Source: a virus. From it: DNA of 64,000 nucleotides. The notes under the pieces are model-generated. The model was not told where the DNA came from. It saw only the letters and a list, made by a program, of their open reading frames with translations, and did no database searches. This document shows positions 38,772 to 47,553 of this stretch, in pieces (position 1 is the first letter of the stretch; the number at the start of each line of letters is the position of its first letter). Location of the stretch: positions 1 through 64,000 of IMG/VR virus record IMGVR_UViG_3300009149_000014; one strand, written 5' to 3'. The position numbers and the translations under genes are program-made.

Positions 38772-39498
38772 CATTGCGATCTTTCCAAGATCGATACTCC
38801 GGGCTTTCTTCTGATAAGTCATGTTCGCAGATTACTCTGCTATTCAAAACATTCATTAAACCTGACTTTATTGATTGATTACACAACCATCCATCATCGT
38901 CATTGTAAAGTCTGGTTCCTGGAAATCCACCAATCTCGTTGAAAAAGAGATTGTTGACGAGCATTAGGCATCCGGCTAGTGTTGAATTACAAAATATTCC
39001 ATTTTCTATTTTCCTCATCTCGGTCCAATTGTGCATTACGAGATTTCTCGTCTGCATTTGATGTTCCCAAGTTCGATTGTGTTGAGTTAAAGCTGGGGTC
39101 ATTACCCCAACTTGATAACCATTTTCACACAATTTATTGGCACTATTGATGAGATTCTGAATACCGTTGGGCGGAATGATGACATCAGGGTCCATGGTGA
39201 TAAACCATTGGCCTTGTGGTATCATTCCCCAATGTTCTCTAATTGAAGATGGTTTCCCGATGTTTTTGGGATTTTGGATTACTAGAACATTGGAATGCGT
39301 AGAAGCTTTCGCCAATTCTTTGTCGAGCCCGCCCTCGGAATTGTCGATGATGTAAATAGGGTGCCTAGTTGCTTTCACCAAGCTTTCTAAGCACCGTTGG
39401 AATGTTTTTGGACGGTGATAACTGGTGAGGATGATCGGGACTGGTCTATGCGTAAGTGATTTGTCCCAAGTTTCGCAAATTGTCAAGTTGACCCACAC
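38731..39498 (-). CDS. GT2 glycosyltransferase
   Basis: ILTSYHR, IIDNS, N.G, MDPD, GGF...YNDDD. No nearby ATG, so the start is uncertain. Confidence 0.75.
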   Translation of the reverse strand: MWVNLTICETWDKSLTHRPVPIILTSYHRPKTFQRCLESLVKATRHPIYIIDNSEGGLDKELAKASTHSNVLVIQNPKNIGKPSSIREHWGMIPQGQWFITMDPDVIIPPNGIQNLINSANKLCENGYQVGVMTPALTQHNRTWEHQMQTRNLVMHNWTEMRKIENGIFCNSTLAGCLMLVNNLFFNEIGGFPGTRLYNDDDGWLCNQSIKSGLMNVLNSRVICEHDLSEESPEYRSWKDRNATQQVDLSGHWDR

Positions 39499-39673
39499 TG
39501 ATTCGCTGTAGCTCCACAGTTAGTGAACTGCCGCCGACCATTTGATAAACACCGTCTTCACTTGGACGAATGCTACTTTTTGGATTAGCTTTTGCAGCTT
39601 CGATTGAATTAACCATGATCGTAACGACTTGGTTAGTTATATTTGTGATTCGGACGACAGTTGTATTTGCCAT
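39446..39673 (-). CDS. small protein, paralogue of 51390-51638
   Basis: VRITNITNQVVTI...GQLDNLRNLGQI aligns by eye with VRIINVSRQMIPI...GQTENLAQRGLL. Confidence 0.6.
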   Translation of the reverse strand: MANTTVVRITNITNQVVTIMVNSIEAAKANPKSSIRPSEDGVYQMVGGSSLTVELQRISVGQLDNLRNLGQITYA

Positions 39674-40499
39674 GATTAAACCTCGATTGACTATTGCGAG
39701 TTGTGTCTCTAACCTCGAAGCCTTTGAGGCTTGTCTGCTTGAGTCTATTTCATCTTTGCGTTCAGACCTCGAAATAAATATTCTCCCGATATACAACCCA
39801 AATAATATCTATTCCGCTTCAGTAGCCGCCAACTTGGCTATGGAAGTGTGCCGGGACAGATTTCTTCTTTATGTCCATCAAGACGTCAAGTTTCTCCCTG
39901 ATGCCGCTGAAATGATCGCCACAATCTTAAAACACTGGCCCAAAAACACAGCCGTCGTTGGAGCCGCTGGAGTCAAGGACTACGTAACAATTGATATCGC
40001 CGGTCCATGGGGACTCGGCCTTCGCAAAGACAATTTAATTGGTTCAGTTTATGATAATAATGAATTAATATGGGATGGTGATATCGGCTTTCATCCCACT
40101 CAATCAGTCGATGAAGTCTTCATGCTCCTTGACACTCATTCGGGAATCCGATTTGACCCGTCATGGCCCGGTTATCATCTCTACGGCCTGGACTTCTGTC
40201 TTCAAGCTCGTTCGGCTGCTTTCGGCGTCATGTGTGCCAACATCCCAATAGAGCATGTCGGTAGATATTCAGCTAGTTTATATCGAGACAACAATTTCAT
40301 GGGACGATTGATCGCATTGTATAAAAAATGGGGCTCACGATTTTCCCATCTTTTTGCACCTTATTGTCATTGGGATAATAATCGAATTGCTAGTTATATC
40401 CCGTTTGCTCTTAAAGATCAATTCAACCAACGTATCGACATTCCTAGACTATCGGTGACAGTATCAAATGAATTGTGTATTTCTCCACCACCAAAATAG
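39672..40499 (+). CDS. GT2-like glycosyltransferase
   Basis: YVHQDV, VGAAG, VDE, FD...GYHLYGLDFCLQA; ATG 39672. Confidence 0.75.
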   Translation: MIKPRLTIASCVSNLEAFEACLLESISSLRSDLEINILPIYNPNNIYSASVAANLAMEVCRDRFLLYVHQDVKFLPDAAEMIATILKHWPKNTAVVGAAGVKDYVTIDIAGPWGLGLRKDNLIGSVYDNNELIWDGDIGFHPTQSVDEVFMLLDTHSGIRFDPSWPGYHLYGLDFCLQARSAAFGVMCANIPIEHVGRYSASLYRDNNFMGRLIALYKKWGSRFSHLFAPYCHWDNNRIASYIPFALKDQFNQRIDIPRLSVTVSNELCISPPPK

Positions 40500-41271
40500 T
40501 GTCAAAACATTTCGTCTTAAAGACTTCCGGAGTCGTCGTATCGATGTGACACATATCAATTGTGGTCTGACTAACAGTTATAAGCCCGGCCACCGTGAAT
40601 CCGATTTCTTTCCAGGTTATGCTAGCTATAATTCAATTTTATTCGAAAGCAGTTGTATCTTAACAATATGGGAGCACATGAATGAGCTTTTTGATGATTC
40701 CCCCATTATGATCTTGCATACCGACATCACACCATTGTTTCGCGTAGCCGATACTCTCGACTATTTGGAACAATTCGATTCATTTGCTTGTGGACTCACC
40801 GTGCCGAGTTATCATGCTAATGATTACGATCAATTGGTAATTGAAGACACTGATAAATATCGATGCAGTGTCGATCCTTGGCAAGTCATGAAATTCGACG
40901 GTGTTGTGGATATCTGGGATCTAATTCGTGTGATCGATCCTGAAGCTTGGGAATTCGGCATGGACACCGATCCGATTATGATCTATTCTCACCAATTCGT
41001 TGCATCCAAGGACATTTTCAACAAGCTTGGTTACAAATTGTGCCAATTGGTCACACAATTGAAACTGGGACAATGTGGTCTTTGGACACCACATGTTTTC
41101 GAACGCATCATTGCCCTCCGTCTCGCCATGGAAACTGAACCGAGGCTCCTCGCAGCCTTTAGTCATCAGAGTTCGTCCGGACCTAAAGGAGACGGTGCTT
41201 TGACTTTATACGGCCCAAGGCCGCACAAATACTTGCGTCTCAAGTCAAGAGTATTAGATCCAATCGATTAA
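40468..41271 (+). CDS. putative glycosyltransferase-like protein
   Basis: ILHTD and HVFER motifs within the GT cluster. Confidence 0.4.
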   Translation: MNCVFLHHQNSVKTFRLKDFRSRRIDVTHINCGLTNSYKPGHRESDFFPGYASYNSILFESSCILTIWEHMNELFDDSPIMILHTDITPLFRVADTLDYLEQFDSFACGLTVPSYHANDYDQLVIEDTDKYRCSVDPWQVMKFDGVVDIWDLIRVIDPEAWEFGMDTDPIMIYSHQFVASKDIFNKLGYKLCQLVTQLKLGQCGLWTPHVFERIIALRLAMETEPRLLAAFSHQSSSGPKGDGALTLYGPRPHKYLRLKSRVLDPID

Positions 41272-41471
41272 GAATTGTGCAACATCGTTACGATTGCACA
41301 TAATGCCGGATCGGCTTCTTCGAAATTATCGCTTGCCACAAGCCCGGTTTCGACGTCAAGAGAATGCTCAATTATTGCTTGGTCGAAGATAGTGATACAT
41401 TCTACTTTAACAACATTCTTTAATGAGCTGCTGCTTGACAATAGATCACTCGATGCTCTTAGTTCTTCCAT
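41268..41471 (-). CDS. hypothetical small acidic protein
   Basis: Gap-filling ORF with a TTAA stop overlap. Confidence 0.35.
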   Translation of the reverse strand: MEELRASSDLLSSSSSLKNVVKVECITIFDQAIIEHSLDVETGLVASDNFEEADPALCAIVTMLHNS

Positions 41472-41519
41472 CAGTTCCTCCAATTTATGTAGCTAATTCA
41501 CGTCGTATTGTAAGGGCAT

Positions 41520-41636
41520 AGTGAGGAAGTTCAGGGTCGCACGCAGGGGCACCCTGACCGGCATAGTTTAATTCAGAATCTACTCTTGAAATACAGAGTA
41601 AGGTCCAGGTGACTTAATCCTGGTGTCGGCCTCACT
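41520..41636 (+). ncRNA. tRNA-like structured RNA closed by a three-way junction
   Basis: Six helices found by hand, including a cloverleaf body with a GAA anticodon-like loop; TATTGT at 41506 upstream and a T-run downstream. Confidence 0.7.
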
Positions 41637-41726
41637 TTTTACACGTGACAATCGGTAATTAACAAAAATCCGCCTGATGCAACACTCAGTAGACGGACAC
41701 AATAACCGAATTTGGGAAAGCTACCA

Positions 41727-43763
41727 ATGACTGCAATTGATGATCTAAGACAAAAAATCGACGAAGCCGCTTCTGCCTATTACAATCGCGGTGTTTCAAT
41801 CGTCAGCGATGATGAATTCGACACAATGCTCGACATGCTGCGACGTCTTGACCATAAAGACGAACGTCTCACCCGAATTGGTTTTGAGCCAACTCTCGAA
41901 AAGGTGGAACATGCTCATCCAATGGGTTCGCTCGATAACATCGATGCCAATAAACCAAATGAGCTTCAGACCTACATTAAGCGTAACAAAGATTACACTC
42001 TTGCTGATTCGCTTTATCACGTTACTCCCAAGATCGACGGATCATCGATCGCGTTGACCTACAAGGGTGGAGTGTTGACCCAAGTGCTAACCCGTGGCAA
42101 TGGCGAAGTGGGTCAAGATATCACAGCTAAAGCATCATTTTTCAAAGGTGTGCCGACCAAGCTACCAGAACCAGTGGATATTACCGTCCGTGGTGAAGCA
42201 GTTATGCACCGGGACGTTTTCATCAAGTATATTGAGTCCGCTCAACTCGAAGGTGTGCGAAATCCGCGAAACGTCGGCAATGGAATTATCGTCCGAAAAG
42301 ACGCCTGCGGAGCCGGGTTGATCAATTTCTATTCTTTCAATGTCGAATCGGACACGCCAATTAAGATCTTGGATTCGGTTCATCGGTGCTACCAGTTCTT
42401 GCAAGAAATGGGTTTCACTACGCCGGATTATCAAATTGTTGCAGCTGATGGGATCACCACACTGGTCGATACGATGATCCAACGTGATTATCCTTTCGAT
42501 ATCGATGGCCTCGTGATCCGTGTTGACGATATGCGACAACGCGAAATCATCAACGAAGGTGGCGACGATCTTCGTCCCCGCAGTGACCAAGCGATCAAGT
42601 TCAACAGCAAGAAAGCTGAGACTACCATTACTGGTGTCACTGTGACTGTCGGTTCAACTGGCAAGATCACACCGACATTGACTGTTGAACCGGTCGAAAT
42701 TGGTGGGATTGTCAATAGCAATGTTTTGATCTACAATTATGATGAACCAGAACGATTGAAGATTGGTATTGGCGATAAGATTCGTGTAGTCCTTGCTGGG
42801 GATATTATCCCCAAGGTCTTGTGCGTGGTCGATAAGGCTAGTCCGCCGACTGTAATCACTGCTCCCAAGACTTGCCCATCGTGTGACCATCCGATTTCTC
42901 GCAAGCAATTGTTGAAGGGCGAATCGGTCGATTTGTATTGCACGAACCAAAAATGCCCCGGTATTCAATTTGAGAAGATCCAAGGGTTTATTGGTTCATC
43001 CAAAAGAGGAATGGGGATTCTTGGGATCGGTGAGCATTTGATCAACCATTTGATCACTTCTGGCCATGTCAAGAGTATTCCAGATCTCTATGATCTAACC
43101 GAAGATCAACTTCGAATCATGTCGCTTGGTAATGGTGTTGTTGGTGCCAAACGTGCCAAGACGATCGTTAACAACATTCAAGAATCCAAGGGGTTCACTG
43201 TTCAAAAAGTGGTGGGATCTCTTGGGATTGATGGTCTTGGCGAGCATCGTGCCGAGATCATGATGGAAGTCGCCGATGGCGGTTTGGCTACTCTTGATGA
43301 TTGGATTGCTTGTGCTAATGGTTCAGAATTGATTCTGAATTTGAAGCATCCCCATTTGCCCGCTAATGTCATGGCATCTGTTCAAAGCCAATTGGTCGCT
43401 ATGAAGGATGATTTGCTACGCTTGCGTGAGCTTGGCGTTGGTGTTCATGTGGCTCCGGTTGTAACTGAGGATGGTGGTCCGAAGCCTTTTGCTGGTAAGA
43501 CGTTTTGTTTTACTGGTACACGAATCCATTTGGATATCGTCGAGAAGCTTGGGGGTGAGGTTAAAAGTGGTGTGAGTAAGACTCTTGATTTTCTGGTCCA
43601 GCGTGATAAGTCAGAGCGTACGTCGAAGGCGAAAAAGGCTGAGGCTTATGGGACTACTGTGATTGGTGTTCCTGAGCTTGAGACGATGATTAAGGAGGCT
43701 GATCCTACGATTCTTGGGACGGCTTCGTCTGGTTTGGCTGCTGTTTTTGAAATGCTTGATTAA
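41727..43763 (+). CDS. ligA: NAD-dependent DNA ligase
   Basis: YY...SDDEFD, MGSL, KIDG, TRG.G..G.D, RGE, IDGLV, AIKF, AGDIIP, CPSC zinc finger, BRCT (FTG, SVS-like). Confidence 0.95.
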   Translation: MTAIDDLRQKIDEAASAYYNRGVSIVSDDEFDTMLDMLRRLDHKDERLTRIGFEPTLEKVEHAHPMGSLDNIDANKPNELQTYIKRNKDYTLADSLYHVTPKIDGSSIALTYKGGVLTQVLTRGNGEVGQDITAKASFFKGVPTKLPEPVDITVRGEAVMHRDVFIKYIESAQLEGVRNPRNVGNGIIVRKDACGAGLINFYSFNVESDTPIKILDSVHRCYQFLQEMGFTTPDYQIVAADGITTLVDTMIQRDYPFDIDGLVIRVDDMRQREIINEGGDDLRPRSDQAIKFNSKKAETTITGVTVTVGSTGKITPTLTVEPVEIGGIVNSNVLIYNYDEPERLKIGIGDKIRVVLAGDIIPKVLCVVDKASPPTVITAPKTCPSCDHPISRKQLLKGESVDLYCTNQKCPGIQFEKIQGFIGSSKRGMGILGIGEHLINHLITSGHVKSIPDLYDLTEDQLRIMSLGNGVVGAKRAKTIVNNIQESKGFTVQKVVGSLGIDGLGEHRAEIMMEVADGGLATLDDWIACANGSELILNLKHPHLPANVMASVQSQLVAMKDDLLRLRELGVGVHVAPVVTEDGGPKPFAGKTFCFTGTRIHLDIVEKLGGEVKSGVSKTLDFLVQRDKSERTSKAKKAEAYGTTVIGVPELETMIKEADPTILGTASSGLAAVFEMLD

Positions 43764-43823
43764 TCAAATGATACCAATGAGTAAATAAAGGAACGATTCT
43801 TCCTTTTCCCATTGGTGTTGTTT

Positions 43824-44801
43824 ATGTCAAATCAGCCTAAAGCTTTGATTACTGGTATTACTGGTCAGACGGGAAGTTATCTGGCTGAATTGTTGCTGTC
43901 GAAGGGTTATGAGGTTCATGGGATCACGAGGCGGACGAGCACTCCAAATACTGGTCGTATTGATCATATTCTTAATCTCATTACTATGCATCCTGCTGAT
44001 TTGCATGATGAGTCTTCTCTTATCCGCGTTATTGATGCCGTAAGGCCCCAAGAGGTCTATAATCTTGCTGCTCAATCGTTTGTGAAGGTGAGTTGGGATG
44101 CTCCCGTTCATACTGGTGAGGTGACGGGGTTGGGTGTTGCTCGTCTTTTAGAGGCTATTCGGACTGTTGATAAGAGTATTCGGTTTTATCAGGCATCTAG
44201 TTCAGAGCTTTTTGGGCAGGTGGTTGAGGTTCCTCAGAGGGAGACTACTCCTTTTTATCCTCGTAGTCCGTATGGTGTTGCGAAATTGTATGGTCATTGG
44301 ATGACCATTAATTATCGTGAGTCTTATGACATGTTCGCTTGTTGTGGGATCATTTTTAATCATGAGTCTCCGAGGCGTGGTCTTGAGTTTGTGACTCGGA
44401 AGATTACGCATACTGCTGCGATGATTAATTATGGGAAGGCTACTGAGTTGCGGCTTGGTAATCTTGATTCACAGCGGGATTGGTCGCATGCGTCTGATAT
44501 GGCTGAGGCGATGTGGTTGATGCTTCAGCAGGATAAGCCGAAGGATTATGTCTTTTCTTCGGGGGAGACTCATACTGTTCGTGAGTTTGTTGAGTTGACT
44601 TTCTCGCGATTGGGTATGGATTATCAAAAATATGTTAAGGTCGATCCCCAGTTCTTCCGCCCTGCTGAGGTGGATATTCTTCTCGGCGATTCATCGCTTG
44701 CACGTGAAGAATTGGGGTGGAAACCAAAAATAAGTTTCGAACAGTTGGTTCATGATATGGTTGATGCGGATATGAGGCTTGTCGAGAAGACATTTGTTTA
44801 A
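43824..44801 (+). CDS. gmd: GDP-mannose 4,6-dehydratase
   Basis: [59 protein letters not shown]. Confidence 0.95.
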   Translation: MSNQPKALITGITGQTGSYLAELLLSKGYEVHGITRRTSTPNTGRIDHILNLITMHPADLHDESSLIRVIDAVRPQEVYNLAAQSFVKVSWDAPVHTGEVTGLGVARLLEAIRTVDKSIRFYQASSSELFGQVVEVPQRETTPFYPRSPYGVAKLYGHWMTINYRESYDMFACCGIIFNHESPRRGLEFVTRKITHTAAMINYGKATELRLGNLDSQRDWSHASDMAEAMWLMLQQDKPKDYVFSSGETHTVREFVELTFSRLGMDYQKYVKVDPQFFRPAEVDILLGDSSLAREELGWKPKISFEQLVHDMVDADMRLVEKTFV

Positions 44802-44816
44802 ATCTCATAGTCCACT

Positions 44817-44824
44817 CAAAATTA
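44817..44824 (+). promoter_or_regulatory. candidate late-promoter motif CAAAATTA
   Basis: Variants recur upstream of structural genes at 47520, 48473, 51671, 55215 and 58310. Confidence 0.4.
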
Positions 44825-44873
44825 TGATAACCACTTTCACAGTCGTTTAACAAACTTTTTCGGAGGGTTCCAA

Positions 44874-45278
44874 ATGGCATCACAGCCTGCGAACACACAG
44901 ATCAGAGTTTTCCGGACGCTCCGGTCCTATCGCAGGGCTGATCGTCAGGAGTCCATTGCAGCTCTTACCAAGAGACTTCGCCCACAGGTCATGAGCATTC
45001 CAGGTCGTGAAGACTTGGTTGAAGTCAAGACCCGTGACACGAGCGTTTCCGACTTTAGCTCCTACATGGGAGAAGCTCGGGTTACTGCTACTCGCGGTTA
45101 TCCAATCGTTGTCGGTCTTCGCGATCAGGTCAGCTTGGCGAATGCTCAGGGCAACATGCCTGGTATCGGCTTTGCGTTCAAGATCGGTCAAGACAGTTTC
45201 ATCACCAACACTGATGCTGGCTTGGTCCGTGACTTGCACCAAGATGGTCGCAAACTTGCTCCAGACGTCCAAGTCTAA
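44874..45278 (+). CDS. putative abundant (virion) protein
   Basis: Strong SD CGGAGGG, its own terminator and the candidate late motif. Confidence 0.55.
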   Translation: MASQPANTQIRVFRTLRSYRRADRQESIAALTKRLRPQVMSIPGREDLVEVKTRDTSVSDFSSYMGEARVTATRGYPIVVGLRDQVSLANAQGNMPGIGFAFKIGQDSFITNTDAGLVRDLHQDGRKLAPDVQV

Positions 45279-45304
45279 GCTTGGTCCTGGTAAGTCGAGA
45301 TCCA

Positions 45305-45340
45305 AAAGAAGCCGGGTTGCTAAAGCTGTCCGGCTTCTTT
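45305..45340. terminator. intrinsic terminator, possibly bidirectional
   Basis: AAAGAAGCCGG ... CCGGCTTCTTT inverted repeat. Confidence 0.75.
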
Positions 45341-45457
45341 CGTATACAAATTAATTACTTGTTATGACCCTTGTTCACTTTCTCCAGGTGTTCAAGGGTC
45401 TTTGCGTATCCGGGCAAAATTTATAATGCTGAACATTTGTGCCTGGAGAAGAGATAA

Positions 45458-45547
45458 ATGGCTGCTACAGTTTTAATTCAGCGATATAATGGTGCCTGTG
45501 CAACTGGTACTACCATCACCGGTGTGGGAATAAAAGATGGCCGTTAG
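45458..45547 (+). CDS. 29 aa small ORF (MAATVLIQRYNGACATGTTITGVGIKDGR)
   Basis: SD GGAGAAGAG upstream; overlaps the next start; below the ORF-track cutoff. Confidence 0.4.
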   Translation: MAATVLIQRYNGACATGTTITGVGIKDGR

Positions 45548-46100
45548 CCCCAAAACATTTGCAGTAAACCCAAAAGAATGGCGAGTCTTTAAACTCTGGG
45601 TCACTTTGACACCATTGTCTACGACTCTTGAAGCGGAGCCTCCTCGGCTTACTGTATATCGTGAGATGGGGCGATTAGCCGCTGCTGCTTATAATCAGCT
45701 CAAGAATCACCCGTTGATTAAATTACCAGAACCTCCAACTTCTGCTGTTACATCTGGTTCTATAATCAGTGGTATTGTTGGATCTTTCAATTATACTCCA
45801 CAGATTGGCAATAATGAGCCTTACATTTTTGTAATGGGCCATTTTCATTCGACTCGGGACATCAAGAATCCCTATTCGATGAGGCCAGTATATAGCGGTG
45901 GAGTTTTGTACGACATACCTAACGGTTATCCTTCTTTGCGGGCTCCTAACCCAAACGTGTTAGAGGACGTCAAAGATTTAAAGGGGATCATCGGCACTGA
46001 AATGTCTGCTTCCCTACCGGTTAGCGTCGATTATAACATCGATAAGATCGATTATCTGGGTCTAATCTTTGGCACGGGTGGGCTTCATTTCCCACGTTAA
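45537..46100 (+). CDS. hypothetical protein
   Basis: 187 aa ORF. Confidence 0.6.
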   Translation: MAVSPKTFAVNPKEWRVFKLWVTLTPLSTTLEAEPPRLTVYREMGRLAAAAYNQLKNHPLIKLPEPPTSAVTSGSIISGIVGSFNYTPQIGNNEPYIFVMGHFHSTRDIKNPYSMRPVYSGGVLYDIPNGYPSLRAPNPNVLEDVKDLKGIIGTEMSASLPVSVDYNIDKIDYLGLIFGTGGLHFPR

Positions 46101-46168
46101 TCTTCGCTACCATCAGGACCAACCCTTCGACGGATTGTCTCTTAGATGGTTTTATAGCGAGTTAACAC

Positions 46169-47518
46169 ATGCCAAAGAAGTCTCGTCTTGATAAACGACT
46201 AGTATACAGCACTATCAAGAAACATAAAGGCAACATGTCCAGAGCAGCGGAAGAATTGGGTATTGCCCGTTCTACTTTGTTGCACAGATATCGCAGCCTT
46301 GAATCTGGAACAGCTCTTGATTCCAATGAACACTCCGACGAAGTGTTAACGACTCTGAAAGAATCTGATTCCGAACAGATCTCTTATTCATCTAAGAACG
46401 AAAACGAACTCGATTTTGTTTGTTTGATGCGTAAGAAAGTCTCAGCCGATGAGATCGCCAAGCAAGCCGGGTACGACTTGCGACAATGGCGAGTTACTGA
46501 AGTAAAAATCAACCAATGGCAAGTTGCCGGTAAGAAAAAGAACGGCCAAGAAGAAGGAACAAAACGATGGCTTGCGGAAGACCTATGGAAAGAACAACTC
46601 TACCAAATCAAATTCAAGCTCGAACGCAGAGCACCCAAGTTTGTCCAAGACGGCGTAACCGCATTAATGGAAAACTGGACTGGAGCCCAGAAGGTTCCAA
46701 AGATCGAGCGTCGAGCAACGATGGCAAAGCCGCATTTGCTCGAAATCAGCCTGTTCGACGCCCACTTTGGCAAATTGGCTTGGGCCGAAGAGACTGGTGA
46801 AGATTATAATCTGAAGATAGCTGAAAACATCTATTTGAATGCAGTAGATGATCTCATCGATCGTACATCCGTTTTTGATGTTGAACGAATTGTTTATCCA
46901 ATCGGCCAAGATTTCTTTAATGTCGATAATTGGAAGGGTGAAACTTCCAATGGCACATTGGTCGAATCAACAGATGATCGATTTACTAAAATCTTCACAG
47001 TTGGTGTCGAATCTATTAAATGGTCGATGATGAGGTGCCGAGAAATCGCACCAGTTCATATCATTTGGTCTCCCGGCAACCACGATCGATCGACCTCTTG
47101 GTACCTTTGCAAAGCGATCCAACAATATTGTGAAGGTGCCGGAATCACCGATGTCACTTTCGACCTTGGGCCGAACCAACGTAAGTACGAGCTTTTCGGT
47201 AACACTCTTCTTGGTTTCACCCATGCCTGTGATGAAAGGATGGCCGATCTTCCACTCATCATGGCTAAAGAAGAGAAGCATCTTTGGGCTCAAGCTGACT
47301 ATCACCAGTGGCACGTTGGTCACTTCCATCGTAAGAAAGAAATGCGATTCATTGCCGGTGACACCTTTAATGGTGTATCGGTAACGATCCTCCCGAGTCT
47401 TACTGCGACCGATTCTTACCATTATCGAAATGGTTGGGTCTGCCCTAGTAGAGCAGCTGAGGCTTACCTTTGGTCCAAGGATAAAGGATTGTCCAACTTC
47501 ATGGTCCACAGCCTCTAA
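46169..47518 (+). CDS. Fis-like HTH fused to calcineurin-like metallophosphoesterase
   Basis: GNMSRAAEELGIARSTL; DAHFG, GQDFF, PGNHD, TH, GHFH. Confidence 0.8.
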   Translation: MPKKSRLDKRLVYSTIKKHKGNMSRAAEELGIARSTLLHRYRSLESGTALDSNEHSDEVLTTLKESDSEQISYSSKNENELDFVCLMRKKVSADEIAKQAGYDLRQWRVTEVKINQWQVAGKKKNGQEEGTKRWLAEDLWKEQLYQIKFKLERRAPKFVQDGVTALMENWTGAQKVPKIERRATMAKPHLLEISLFDAHFGKLAWAEETGEDYNLKIAENIYLNAVDDLIDRTSVFDVERIVYPIGQDFFNVDNWKGETSNGTLVESTDDRFTKIFTVGVESIKWSMMRCREIAPVHIIWSPGNHDRSTSWYLCKAIQQYCEGAGITDVTFDLGPNQRKYELFGNTLLGFTHACDERMADLPLIMAKEEKHLWAQADYHQWHVGHFHRKKEMRFIAGDTFNGVSVTILPSLTATDSYHYRNGWVCPSRAAEAYLWSKDKGLSNFMVHSL

Positions 47519-47553
47519 TTAAACCTACAAGGGATTTTACTCGGAGAATTAAA

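Noticed and set aside
41557-41634. Functional tRNA-Phe
   Set aside because: 10-nt anticodon loop, no D-loop GG, no TTC, 1-72 mismatch, no CCA; reported as an ncRNA instead.
41521-41680. RNase P RNA (GAGGAAGTTCAGG ... ACAAAAATCCGCCTGA)
   Set aside because: The P4 partner CCTGACTT is absent, and the 5' motif is consumed by a local hairpin and the outer stem.
44880-45305. 141 aa minus-strand ORF
   Set aside because: Fully antisense to a gene with a strong SD and terminator.
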